From an uncultured Chitinophagaceae bacterium (GTDB lineage Bacteria > Bacteroidota > Bacteroidia > Chitinophagales > CAIOSU01): a DNA stretch of 64,000 bases. The notes beneath the pieces were generated by a model. That model saw only the letters and a list, made by a program, of their open reading frames with translations, ran no database searches and was not told the origin of the DNA. The first letter of the stretch is position 1. Each line of letters starts with the position of its first letter. The stretch lies in contig CAZCXH010000004.1 of the NCBI GenBank assembly GCA_964502525.1, forward strand, positions 45 through 64,044, read 5' to 3'. A program made the position numbers and the translations under genes. Shown piece by piece: positions 46,593-56,790 of the stretch.

Positions 46593-46747
46593 ATCTCCCG
46601 TCATTTTATCCGCTAAGAGGCTGATTTGGAACCTCTTTATCCTGCTTTCAGTTGTAGCAAACATACAGTACCTTTACTCAAAGCCTTTAGCGCGATCTTT
46701 ATTGCCGGATGGTTCGGTGCCATCCGGAGTTTGAGGCATTGAGTAAC

Positions 46748-49700
46748 ATGAAATTCCCGAAAACACCCTCTTTCGGTTTTCTGCAATTTACCGCGACTCT
46801 GTTTGCTGTTTCGTTAGCAACAGTTTCACAGTCGCAGCCAACGCTTATCATTCCGAAAAATAATATTGTCACCGCCAAAACAACAATCATCTTTGAATGG
46901 AACGCTTATGCCGGTGCAACCGCATATCACCTCCAGGTGGACGAGGACGCTTCATTCACATCTCCTCAAACCGTAAATGATTCCACCATTTCCGTTACCA
47001 CCTTCAGCGACACTCTCGCCACCGGGAAAAAATATTACTGGCGCGTGAGAGCCAACCCTGGCGGAACATTTACCAATTGGTCATCCGCGTGGTCGTTTGA
47101 TGTTTTTTCACCAACTGATATTCCGGTTGTCAATCCGCCTACCAATCTCGTCACGTGGTATAAAACTGATTTTGGGCTGAACACGAGGACTGACAGCACC
47201 GGCACTTATATAACGCAGTGGAATGACGCGAGCGGAAACGGTAACCATGCGGTGCAAAGCGCAGATACGATGCAACCACATTATGTGGATTCCATTTCCG
47301 CAATAAACAATTATCCGGTGATGCGTTTTGACGGTGTGGACGATTGGTTTGATTTTACTAACGACCTTTTTTCCATAGGGAGCGTGTTTTGGGTGATTAA
47401 GGAAGATGGTAATGCGTCAACAGCGGTAAGGGGACTGCTTGGTGTTAACAGCAATCCTGAATCTGATTTCACGCGCGGTTGCTGCACCGGATCTATTCCC
47501 GGACCGGATAAAACAATTTATGATGATCAATACCCCGTGTCAGGACCGAGTCTCGCGCGCAACGGAGTAACCAGGATCAACGGAACGCAACTGCCCTTCA
47601 ACGGCAAGCGGGAGGATATGCCCACCACCATGTCAATCATCACGACTAAAACCGCGGGCGGCAGCAGGGCGGAGAACTTCTCTAATGACAGGAACATCAC
47701 TGAAACCAGCCGCAACACTCTGCGCGTGTGGGATGGCGACCTTGCGGAACTGATCATCTGCAACGAACCGCTGACTGACACTCAAATTGTACTTGTTGAG
47801 GGTTACCTCCGTGACAAATACACTCCGGCAGTGAACCTTGGGGCGGATATGATTTTTACCGACCGGGTCTGTGACACCCTATCGTTTTCAATTGGTGGAT
47901 ATATTAAATCTGTTACCTGGTGGAGGGACAGCGCCCTGGTGGAGGATTCCTTGATGTCAATTACCGTCACCGAACCAGGCATTTACAGCGTACAGGCAAA
48001 AGATCAGTTTGACCGCACCACCTATGATACTGCGATAGTGCAGTTCGCCAGACCGGATGTGATTCAGGACACTGCCATCTGCTTTGGAACATCAATAGTC
48101 TGGAATACCGGGTTAGGCAGCCCTTTCACATTTGTATGGCAAGACGGCAGCACCGGCTCCAGTTACACGATTGATAAGTCAGGCGACTACTTCGTTACCA
48201 TCAGCGACAATTCAGGTTGCAGCTACAAAACAGACACGGTGCATGTTGTGGTGGATTCATTCAGTTTAATAGCTAACCTCGGTTCTCCGGATACTACAAT
48301 ATGCCAGTATCAGTCCATCGGCTTGATAAGCGGAGCGGCAATGGCGGAAGAGTATTTGTGGAACACTGGCGACACCACGCCTCAACTGATAGTCGTTGCC
48401 GATAACCCTTACACCCTCACGGTTACTGATGCCAATGGATGCAGCGGCTATGACTCCATTTATGCTGATGTTGGTCCGGAAGCACCCATCGTTGACTTCA
48501 CTTTCACAAACGTGTGCCTCGGATCGGCAACAAGCTTCAGAGATACTTCCGGGATTACCAACGGCTTCCTTGCAGGATGGTATTGGGAATTTGGAGATGG
48601 CAATACAGCTACTTCAAAGCATCCTTCGCATACCTATCTGGCTGCAGGAAGTTATTCCGTGAGGCTGACTGTAACTTCTGACAGTTCATGCACTAATTCA
48701 AAAGTGAAAACAGTGCAGGTGTTCAGCCTGCCGCAGGCTTTTTTCAGCGATTCGGTTTTTTGCGCGGGAATATCCCGCCAGTTTTTTGATGAGAGCGCCC
48801 CCGGCTCTGCCAATATCAATCAATGGCATTGGGATTTTGGCGATGGCGATACTTCCGCGCTGCAGAATCCATTTCACGAATACGACACCATCCGGTTGTA
48901 TAATGTAACGCTTGCCATTAGCGATCTCAACCATTGTGCCGATTCGTTCAGCAGGATGGTAAATAGCGTATTAGGAGTACCTCCTGCTGACACGCCTATT
49001 TTGGTTTTGCCCAAAAATGACGTGGCGATTGCTGACTCCGTCATGCTTTTCGACTGGCAGCCAACCAATGGAATGGAGTACTACACCTTGCAGATTGCAA
49101 CGTCCCCTTCTTTCTCAAACGCAATGACATTCGATGTTTTCGTTGACTCTGCCGTTGTAAGCAATTTGCCCTTCAATGCGGATTATTATTACTGGCAAGT
49201 GCTTGCCATCAATCAATGCGGGGTTGCTACCGCATCAGAAATACAGCGATTCCATCATTTCAAGCCGGATGCGATTTCGGGAAATTGTTTATGGCTGAGG
49301 AGTGGTCGGGGATTGTCATATAATATCAACGGGCAGGTTGATACCATTTTTGATGGCAGCCCTTCCGGCAACAATGCGTATCAAACTGATGTTGCCCGGG
49401 CGATTGATTATGTTCCCAGCATACCTGAACTCAATGGGGCCCCAGTCCTGAGGTTTGATGGGGAGAAACAATTTTTTCAATTCCAATTGATTGATTCTAT
49501 CAGAACTGTCTTTTGGGTGATAAAAGAAGATTCACTCGCAACTCCGTTCTACAGATCGCTATTGGGAAGGCTTGATGATGAATCCGACTTTACCCGCGGC
49601 TGCTGCAATGATGTAAATGGCGATGGATTTAAGGATTATCCGGGAACTGATAAGTTTATTTACGATAGCGATTTTGCCGAAAGTTTTGTTTATCACGGCA

Positions 49701-52432
49701 CCACCCGCGTTAACTTTCGCTCTGTTGACCCTCTTATCACTAATGTGCCCACGCAATATTCAATTATCACCACCAGAACCTTGAGCCCTGCGACCGCGGA
49801 CTGCTTTTGCGATCGCCCTTTCATATTTGCGAATGACGACCGCTACTGGTGGGGCGACCTTGCGGAGTTGATCATCTATTGCAAGCCGCTTTCAGATGCA
49901 GAAATCGAGGCAGTGGAATCATACCTAAGAAACAAATACGCTCCTAAGGTTAACCTTGGTCCCGACATCGTGAGGGACTATGGCTTGTGCGACCCGGTGA
50001 AGCTCACTGCCGGTGATCATTTTATCGAATACTCATGGGAAGCTCCGGGAATGACCAATATTCCTGATACCAACACGATTGATTTCTATGGCTCCGGAAC
50101 TGTCAGGGTTACGGTGAGGGATATTTTCGGATATGTATCAGATGATGAGGTTGAAGTTACTGGTGGCTTGAAAAATCCGTTCCCGGATGATACGGTTCAT
50201 GTCTGCCTCGGTGATTCCGTGATCTGGAACACAGGGATGACCCATGATTACGATTTTAAATGGAAATTGGATGGAATTGATTCCGGCACCGACAGTTTCT
50301 ATGTTATCAAGAAAGAGGGATTGGTCACTATTGAAGTAAAGGACATCAACAACTGCGCGGTCAATGACACTGTGTATGCGAATATTGATTCATTCAGCGT
50401 TCAGGCAACGCTTGGCGGTGATACCGCGCTGTGCACTTTCAACCGGATAGGGCTGCTCACCAAGACGGAAGAAACACTTACCTATTCATGGTCAACAGGT
50501 GAAACTGATCCCGTCATCGCTGTTGTTGATTCCGGCTATTACGCTCTGACGGCAACCAACATTCATGAGTGCATCATGACTGATTCCATTCATGTTGATA
50601 CTTTTGGTATTGCACCGAATACAAGCTTTACGTTCAGCAATGTTTGCTTCAACGACATTACAGCGTTCACAGATGCTACCAGTCCTGCGGACATCGGTTC
50701 GTGGCAGTGGATTTTCGGTGACGGTGATTCATCAACAGATCAGCATCCTTCGCATTTTTATACCGATACCGGAACTTACCATGTAAAGCTGATTGTGAAG
50801 GATTCCGAGAATTGCCGGCAGGATACAACAAAAAATGTGGTAATCTATTCGCTGCCGGTTGCCGCCTTTGCTCATGACCTTGTTATTTGCGCAAATGCAG
50901 ATGCCCTGTTTCGCGATGCCTCCACCGCTCCAGGTCAGGCAATAACTTCATGGTCATGGACATTTGGCGATGGCGGCACGGCAGCAATAAAAAATCCAAT
51001 CCATGTTTATCCTTCAAGCAGCGTACCTGCGGATTATCCGATCAGCCTCGAAGTGACAACTGACCAGCATTGCAAAGGAACAGCTTATGACACATTGGAA
51101 ATTTTCCCTGAACTGATCGTCAGCTTCAACGTGGAACATTTGTGTATTGATAATGGTCTTACAAAATTCACCGATACGTCTCCCAATCATTCCAACGTAT
51201 GGTGGTACTGGGACTTCGGTGACGCCACCTCGCCTTCTTTCGCGCAAAATCCCACTCACAGCTATTTTGAAAACGGAATCTATATTGTAACGCTTGAAGC
51301 GAGAAATGCCATAGGCTGCGCTACCACCGCGGGAGACACTATTACGCTGACCGATCCCCCGGTTGTGAATTTCGACAACCCGGATCTGTGCGAGGATGAA
51401 CCGTTCCAATTTTCCGACAACAGCGTCACCAACGGCAACGACAGCATCATCTCCTGGAACTGGAATTTCGGTGACGGAACATCATCAATCTTGCAAAATC
51501 CCGTTCATGTTTATTCTCAGGACAGCACCTATCATGTAATCCTGAGCGTAGCCACCCGCAACGGGTGCGCGAGCTTTGCGCAGAAGACGGTTGAGGTGCT
51601 GCCGCCCCCTGTGGCAAACTTCGACTTCACCCCAAAATATGGTGCTGCCCCGCTAACGGTTTCCTTCTCTGATTTATCAACGAACGCAACGCGCTACAAC
51701 TGGGATTTTGGCGATGGCTCTCCTTCTTCAGATTTGAGAAATCCGGTTCATACTTACTTGCAAAACGGAGCAGTGGTGATAAAGCTGATTGCAGCGAACC
51801 TTGCAGGATGCAGCGATACCGTTACCAAGCCGCTGAACGTGACGGTATCAATATTTGACATCTCGTTAGACAGGATTATCCTTTCGAGGCAGAATGGCGA
51901 CTGCTCGATCAACATGCAGGCTGTGATCACCAACCGCGGAACGGTGGAGATCAACAGCTTCGACATTCAGGCGCACAGCTCCAGGGGCGGCACGATTGAA
52001 GATAATTTCACGGGCGGCAGCCTCTTCACCGGGCGCGAGATGACCTATCCCGTCAGCGTTCGTTACATTGTGAATGACTGCAAGGATGTTGTGATTTGCA
52101 TGGATGCCCTGAACCCCAACGGGCAGCCCGATGAGAATCCGGCAGACAACCATTTATGCGCCTCGCTGAATAATAACTTTGTGATCATCGGTCCTTACCC
52201 TAATCCGACAGGCGATTTTGTGAGGCTTGATATCATGCTTCCCTCTGACGGCAGCATCAGGATTTCCAACTTCAATGTTATCGGACAGCGGTTAGCCGTT
52301 ATGGAAGATGCGCAGGCGCAGAAAGGATATTACCCCGTCATGCTCGATGCCGGTCATCTGCCGGCTGGCGTTTACATTTTGAAAGTGGAGTACCATGATG
52401 AGGAGCGGATAATGAAGTATGTTGTAAGATAA
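46748..52432 (+). CDS. giant T9SS type A cargo protein, paralog 2 (same architecture as 40989-46592)
   Basis: Collinear with paralog 1 along its whole length (same module order, ~50-60% aa identity by eye). Start taken at MKFPKTPSFGFLQF. The C-terminus is IGPYPNPTGDFVRLDI...GVYILKVEY. Confidence 0.85.
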   Translation: MKFPKTPSFGFLQFTATLFAVSLATVSQSQPTLIIPKNNIVTAKTTIIFEWNAYAGATAYHLQVDEDASFTSPQTVNDSTISVTTFSDTLATGKKYYWRVRANPGGTFTNWSSAWSFDVFSPTDIPVVNPPTNLVTWYKTDFGLNTRTDSTGTYITQWNDASGNGNHAVQSADTMQPHYVDSISAINNYPVMRFDGVDDWFDFTNDLFSIGSVFWVIKEDGNASTAVRGLLGVNSNPESDFTRGCCTGSIPGPDKTIYDDQYPVSGPSLARNGVTRINGTQLPFNGKREDMPTTMSIITTKTAGGSRAENFSNDRNITETSRNTLRVWDGDLAELIICNEPLTDTQIVLVEGYLRDKYTPAVNLGADMIFTDRVCDTLSFSIGGYIKSVTWWRDSALVEDSLMSITVTEPGIYSVQAKDQFDRTTYDTAIVQFARPDVIQDTAICFGTSIVWNTGLGSPFTFVWQDGSTGSSYTIDKSGDYFVTISDNSGCSYKTDTVHVVVDSFSLIANLGSPDTTICQYQSIGLISGAAMAEEYLWNTGDTTPQLIVVADNPYTLTVTDANGCSGYDSIYADVGPEAPIVDFTFTNVCLGSATSFRDTSGITNGFLAGWYWEFGDGNTATSKHPSHTYLAAGSYSVRLTVTSDSSCTNSKVKTVQVFSLPQAFFSDSVFCAGISRQFFDESAPGSANINQWHWDFGDGDTSALQNPFHEYDTIRLYNVTLAISDLNHCADSFSRMVNSVLGVPPADTPILVLPKNDVAIADSVMLFDWQPTNGMEYYTLQIATSPSFSNAMTFDVFVDSAVVSNLPFNADYYYWQVLAINQCGVATASEIQRFHHFKPDAISGNCLWLRSGRGLSYNINGQVDTIFDGSPSGNNAYQTDVARAIDYVPSIPELNGAPVLRFDGEKQFFQFQLIDSIRTVFWVIKEDSLATPFYRSLLGRLDDESDFTRGCCNDVNGDGFKDYPGTDKFIYDSDFAESFVYHGTTRVNFRSVDPLITNVPTQYSIITTRTLSPATADCFCDRPFIFANDDRYWWGDLAELIIYCKPLSDAEIEAVESYLRNKYAPKVNLGPDIVRDYGLCDPVKLTAGDHFIEYSWEAPGMTNIPDTNTIDFYGSGTVRVTVRDIFGYVSDDEVEVTGGLKNPFPDDTVHVCLGDSVIWNTGMTHDYDFKWKLDGIDSGTDSFYVIKKEGLVTIEVKDINNCAVNDTVYANIDSFSVQATLGGDTALCTFNRIGLLTKTEETLTYSWSTGETDPVIAVVDSGYYALTATNIHECIMTDSIHVDTFGIAPNTSFTFSNVCFNDITAFTDATSPADIGSWQWIFGDGDSSTDQHPSHFYTDTGTYHVKLIVKDSENCRQDTTKNVVIYSLPVAAFAHDLVICANADALFRDASTAPGQAITSWSWTFGDGGTAAIKNPIHVYPSSSVPADYPISLEVTTDQHCKGTAYDTLEIFPELIVSFNVEHLCIDNGLTKFTDTSPNHSNVWWYWDFGDATSPSFAQNPTHSYFENGIYIVTLEARNAIGCATTAGDTITLTDPPVVNFDNPDLCEDEPFQFSDNSVTNGNDSIISWNWNFGDGTSSILQNPVHVYSQDSTYHVILSVATRNGCASFAQKTVEVLPPPVANFDFTPKYGAAPLTVSFSDLSTNATRYNWDFGDGSPSSDLRNPVHTYLQNGAVVIKLIAANLAGCSDTVTKPLNVTVSIFDISLDRIILSRQNGDCSINMQAVITNRGTVEINSFDIQAHSSRGGTIEDNFTGGSLFTGREMTYPVSVRYIVNDCKDVVICMDALNPNGQPDENPADNHLCASLNNNFVIIGPYPNPTGDFVRLDIMLPSDGSIRISNFNVIGQRLAVMEDAQAQKGYYPVMLDAGHLPAGVYILKVEYHDEERIMKYVVR

Positions 52433-52618
52433 TGTTCCTCCTTAACGAATGTTTATGCTGCATTGCGCTGCTTGTGATTTAGGGCAATCCTTTGGAAATG
52501 ATTCCTGAGAATTTGTTACTTTGGGCTTTGAAAGGTGCATGAAGAAATCCGTGCCGCCATTGCCGCTCAGCGCCCCCTCCACCCAAATCTATGGTTCCGT
52601 CAAAAAACCGGTGACATA

Positions 52619-53725
52619 TTACAAATGGTAAATGGTATTAGGTTTCATCGAAAAAGTTATCATCAGCAAATCCGTGAGCAGCAGAATCGCCACCGCCTGG
52701 TGCAGCACTCCAAGTAAAACCGGCACTTCGCCTTTGAAGTGGAGCACGGTGAGAATTCCGAGAAAGACTTGAAGCAGCGTTACGATCGGCAACGCATTCA
52801 CCGAGATTTTCAATGGTGGCGGTAAAGCATTCTTCCTTGCTTTAAAAAAAAATGCAACCGCCAGCATGGTGAAAAAATATGCCGTAAGCCTGTGAACGAA
52901 CTGCACCAGCGCAGGAGCAAAGGTGGTTGTGTCATAATGGAAGAAGGAATCGAAACTCCAGTTGGAAAGAGAAAGCAGAACATCGGGAATAAATTTCCCG
53001 TGCATGTCCGGAAATGTGGGATAAAGCAACCCCGCTTTCATTCCCGACATCAGCCCGCCAAGAACAAGCTGAAATGAAAGAACAATCATCAGTACAATTG
53101 AAAATTTTCTTAATGATGTATTGGCAATAAAATGCAAGTTGCTTTGGACTCCCCTCTCTATTGGAGAGGGGGCGGGGGTGAGGCTGTAAAAGACCGACAA
53201 GCATAGCCACCAGCAATAGCCATAAGTGATCAGCGCCAGCGACAGATGCAGCGTCAGCTTGTAGGCATCCACCCACGGACGGTTTACCAGTCCGCTTTTC
53301 ACCATGATCCATCCGAATGCGGCAACCAAAGCCGCAAGCAAGACAAGAACAATGAGCTTCTTAATTAATGACGCAGAAAAATTTTTTCGATAAAGAAAAA
53401 TGGCGAATGGAATCGCAAACACAAAGCCCATTGCGCGCGCCCACAGACGGTGAAGGTACTCCCAGAAGTATATGAATTTAAACTCGCTCAACGTCATGCC
53501 GTGATTGAGTTTATGATATTGCGGTGTGGCTTTGTATTTATCAAATTCAGCATTCCAATCATTGGAATTGAGAGGAGGAATAGTGCCGGTGATGATCTCC
53601 CATTTGGTGATGGACAGACCGGAACCCGTTAATCGCGTAATGCCGCCTAAAATAATCTGGAAATAAATCATCACCACTCCGCAAAAAAGCCAGAGGGCGA
53701 TTTGCTTTCTGCCGCTATTGGTCAT
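52619..53725 (-). CDS. ctaA: haem A synthase (COX15/CtaA family)
   Basis: ILGGITRLTGSGLSITKW..., FKFIYFWEYLHRLWAR, and ..HQAVAILLL are the CtaA histidine-bearing helices. Confidence 0.85.
   Translation of the reverse strand: MTNSGRKQIALWLFCGVVMIYFQIILGGITRLTGSGLSITKWEIITGTIPPLNSNDWNAEFDKYKATPQYHKLNHGMTLSEFKFIYFWEYLHRLWARAMGFVFAIPFAIFLYRKNFSASLIKKLIVLVLLAALVAAFGWIMVKSGLVNRPWVDAYKLTLHLSLALITYGYCWWLCLSVFYSLTPAPSPIERGVQSNLHFIANTSLRKFSIVLMIVLSFQLVLGGLMSGMKAGLLYPTFPDMHGKFIPDVLLSLSNWSFDSFFHYDTTTFAPALVQFVHRLTAYFFTMLAVAFFFKARKNALPPPLKISVNALPIVTLLQVFLGILTVLHFKGEVPVLLGVLHQAVAILLLTDLLMITFSMKPNTIYHL
53150..53185. repeat. REP-like palindromic element (CCCCTCTC-TATTG-GAGAGGGG + GGGGTGAGGC) inside the ctaA coding sequence
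   Basis: Same family as the intergenic core at 16381-16425. Translated in frame as ..SLTPAPSPIERGVQS.. in a loop of CtaA. Confidence 0.5.
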
Positions 53726-56677
53726 TTACCTTAAAAGCGTCACGCTTCCCTTGAGCCGCTTGCTGGTGTTGTCGTTAAATCCTACTTCAAGCCAATAAAC
53801 ATAAACATCAGGCGCCAGCAGCTTTCCATGATATGTTCCGTCCCAGCCATCGTTTAAATTTTTTGACTCGAAAACTACTTCTCCCCAACGGTTATAAACT
53901 TTGAACAAGATAGCGCTGACCTCTTTTCCAAAAACATGCAGCACATCGTTAATCGCGTCATCGTTCGGAGAGAATGCGTTAGGAACAAACACCGCGACCT
54001 CGCCTATCACATCAACATAATTCACAATCGTATCGGTGCACCCGGTTGCGTTTGTCGCAACGAGCGTAACTGCATATCTTCCGGTATCGGCATAAATGTG
54101 CGAGGGGTTCTGATCATTAGCTGTTGCATCATCTCCAAAATCCCACAAATATGCAGCGGCCCCCGTGCTGGTATTGGTAAACGCTACGGCTTCATTCTTC
54201 GTTACCAGCAAAGGCGCTGCGTTGAAGCCCGCAACCGGCTTATCAGATACCTGAAGCGTTTGCGCGGTTGTATCGGCACAACCGCCATCCATTGCAACAA
54301 GCGTGATGGTGTAGCTGCCGCCTTGCGAGAAGGTTTCACTGGGGTTGGCATCGGTTGAAGTATTTCCGTTCCCGAAATCCCAGGCATAATTCAAACCCGC
54401 AGGAGTGGAATTATTGGTAAAAACAATAGGTTGTCCGGCACAATCAGGGTTCACCGAAAAATCAGCAACCGGCTTGGATAATTCGGTGACGGTGGCATCA
54501 TCCGTATTTGCACAACCGTTGTTATCGGTCACTGTCACAAAGTAAGTTCCCTCTGTAACAGTCACGCTTGCACTGCTGCCGATGCTGTTTCCTCCGGCAT
54601 CCGCCCACGCATAGCTTGCTCCAGCGCTTGCTGTCAAAGTTGTGTTCCCTCCCGTGCAATAAGTCAATGGCCCGTTGATAACCACAACCGGCAAGGCATT
54701 TTCGGTCACGCTGGCGCTGGCTGTTGCGGAGCAGCCGTTTCCATCAGTGCCCGTTACTGTGTAGTTTCCCTGCGTGACAGTAATACTTGGCGTGGTGCTG
54801 TTGGCGGCATCATTCCAGAGATAGGTTGCCCCTCCCGTTGCGGTCAGCGTTGTGTTTCCACCTGCACAGTAGCTTAATGTTCCGGTGATGGCTATTGCGG
54901 GCGAAGAAAATTCAGTGACTGTTTCGGAAGCTGTTCCAGAGCAGCCGTTGGCATCGTAACCGGTTACGGAATAGGTGCCTCCGGTGACGGTAATGCTTGC
55001 GGTGGTGCTGCCTGCCGGATCATCCCAGAGGTAGGTTGCGCCTCCGGTTGCGGTCAGAGTCGTGTTGGCGCCCTGACAATAAGTTAAAGTTCCGGTAATA
55101 CTTACGGATAAGCTCGATAATTCTGTTACTATGGCGGAAAAAGTTCCGGTGCAGCCATTTGCATCGGTTGCTGTAACGGTGTATGTTCCTTGCGTGACGG
55201 TAATGGTAGCCGTTGTCTCTCCGGTAGTCCATGAATATGCTGCACCGCCAGTTGCTGTTAAATCGGTGCTGCCGCCTGTGCAATAGGACAATGTTCCTGT
55301 GATATTTACGGTGGGTGATGGATTCTCGGTAACGGTGGCATTTGCTGTTGCCGAACAACCGTTTGCATCAGTTCCGGTAACTGTGTGGGTTCCCTGAGTT
55401 ACGGTAATGCTTGCGGTGGTGCTGTTGGATGGATCATCCCATAAATAGGTTGTGCCTCCGCTTGCCGTAAGCGTTGTGTTTGCGCCAGCGCAGTAGCTCA
55501 ATGTACCGCTGATGCTGATTGCTGGCAGAGGAGATTCAGTGACCGTGGCGCTGGCTGTTCCGGTACATCCGTTTGCATCGGTAGCGGTTACGGAATAGGT
55601 GCCTGCCGTTACTGTAATGCTTGCGGTGGTGCTGTTGGATGTGTCGTCCCAGATATAAGTTGTTCCCCCGGTTGCTGTCAGCGTGGTGTTTGATCCCTGG
55701 CAATAATTCAAAATTCCTGTAATATTTACGGGTAAAGTTGATATTTCCGTCACCGTAGCGGAAGCGGAAGCCGTACACCCACCGGCATCAGTTACCACTA
55801 CGGTGTAGGTGCCTTGAGTAACGGTGACGCTTGCGGTATTGCCGATGTTGTTTCCGCCAGCATCAGTCCAGGCATAGCTTGTTCCTGGGCTTGCGGTGAG
55901 CGTGGTATTGCCGCCTGTACAATAACTTAATGAGCCGGTGATAGAGGCAGTGGGTGGAGGAGTTGTCACGGTGTAGGTAATAAGAATGCCCCCGCCTGCG
56001 CCATTTCCGCCATCTGAATCCTCACCTCCGCCACCTCCTCCGCCATAGGCGCTGCCGTTTCCGTTATCCGGAGGTCCACCGGTTCCACCGGAAGGTCCTG
56101 CGCCCGCTCCGCCAGCACCTCCATTCCCGCCACTACCGTTATTACCATTTCCTCCCGGAGTATTTGTCGAGCCCCCGCTGGCAGTGCCACCTGCGCCTCC
56201 TGATCCCGCACTACCTTCCGTACCATCTCCTCCCGTACCTCTTGTTCCTCCATTTGCCGTAAGGCTTACTGGCGTACCACCGGCATCTGTTCCTGTAAAG
56301 GCGCTGCTTCCTCCGCCATTGCCGTTATCACCATCCTGTCCGTCATCGTTGCCATCTCCGCCACAGCCGCCCGCGCCTGCGGTATAGGAAAACGATGAGC
56401 CGGGCGTCACATTAATAGTGATTGTGGTGTAGCCGCCTCCACCACCACCGCCTCCGCCACGAGTGTTAAAAAAACCTCCATTACTGCCGCCACCGCCTCC
56501 GCCAGCACCACCGCCCCCACCATAGACATCAATGGTGATAGCGCTAACATTACACGGAACCGTCCACGTTCCGGAAGCGGAACCGCCACATGAGGACCCT
56601 GAAAAGGTTACATCCTGCGCATCGGAGAAAAAATACAGGGACATCAATATCCATGCAGCAGCGGTAATTTTTTTCAT
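53726..56677 (-). CDS. T9SS type B cargo protein: glycine-rich N-domain, 7 Ig-like repeats, 2 PKD domains, CHU_C domain
   Basis: Signal peptide MKKITAAAWILMSLYFFSDAQ. ..GTWTVPCNVSAITIDVYGGGGGAGGGGGG.. glycine-rich domain. ~75-aa repeats (ITG.LSYC.G.NTTLTA.GG..Y.W......ST.SITVT.GTY.VT.TDANGC). The C-terminus is PNAFSPNDDAINDVL..VYNRWGEVVFES..WDGTY..VYVYWLEV..KGSVTLLR. Confidence 0.87.
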   Translation of the reverse strand: MKKITAAAWILMSLYFFSDAQDVTFSGSSCGGSASGTWTVPCNVSAITIDVYGGGGGAGGGGGGSNGGFFNTRGGGGGGGGGYTTITINVTPGSSFSYTAGAGGCGGDGNDDGQDGDNGNGGGSSAFTGTDAGGTPVSLTANGGTRGTGGDGTEGSAGSGGAGGTASGGSTNTPGGNGNNGSGGNGGAGGAGAGPSGGTGGPPDNGNGSAYGGGGGGGEDSDGGNGAGGGILITYTVTTPPPTASITGSLSYCTGGNTTLTASPGTSYAWTDAGGNNIGNTASVTVTQGTYTVVVTDAGGCTASASATVTEISTLPVNITGILNYCQGSNTTLTATGGTTYIWDDTSNSTTASITVTAGTYSVTATDANGCTGTASATVTESPLPAISISGTLSYCAGANTTLTASGGTTYLWDDPSNSTTASITVTQGTHTVTGTDANGCSATANATVTENPSPTVNITGTLSYCTGGSTDLTATGGAAYSWTTGETTATITVTQGTYTVTATDANGCTGTFSAIVTELSSLSVSITGTLTYCQGANTTLTATGGATYLWDDPAGSTTASITVTGGTYSVTGYDANGCSGTASETVTEFSSPAIAITGTLSYCAGGNTTLTATGGATYLWNDAANSTTPSITVTQGNYTVTGTDGNGCSATASASVTENALPVVVINGPLTYCTGGNTTLTASAGASYAWADAGGNSIGSSASVTVTEGTYFVTVTDNNGCANTDDATVTELSKPVADFSVNPDCAGQPIVFTNNSTPAGLNYAWDFGNGNTSTDANPSETFSQGGSYTITLVAMDGGCADTTAQTLQVSDKPVAGFNAAPLLVTKNEAVAFTNTSTGAAAYLWDFGDDATANDQNPSHIYADTGRYAVTLVATNATGCTDTIVNYVDVIGEVAVFVPNAFSPNDDAINDVLHVFGKEVSAILFKVYNRWGEVVFESKNLNDGWDGTYHGKLLAPDVYVYWLEVGFNDNTSKRLKGSVTLLR

Positions 56678-56790
56678 TGTGTTATCAATTTTCAAAATAA
56701 TCACGAAGCCTGACACCGATCGAGATCCCAAAAATTAAATAAACACATTCCCGTCAGATTTTCGATATTCGGCTTCAAAATATAAAGTTA

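Noticed and set aside
53726-56731. Antisense or alternative-frame ORFs in the glycine-rich region (55966-56253, 56184-56387, 56407-56589), and the 18-codon N-terminal extension MGSRSVSGFVIILKIDNT.
   Set aside because: These are shadows of GGN-rich coding sequence. A proper signal peptide starts at the Met at 56677.
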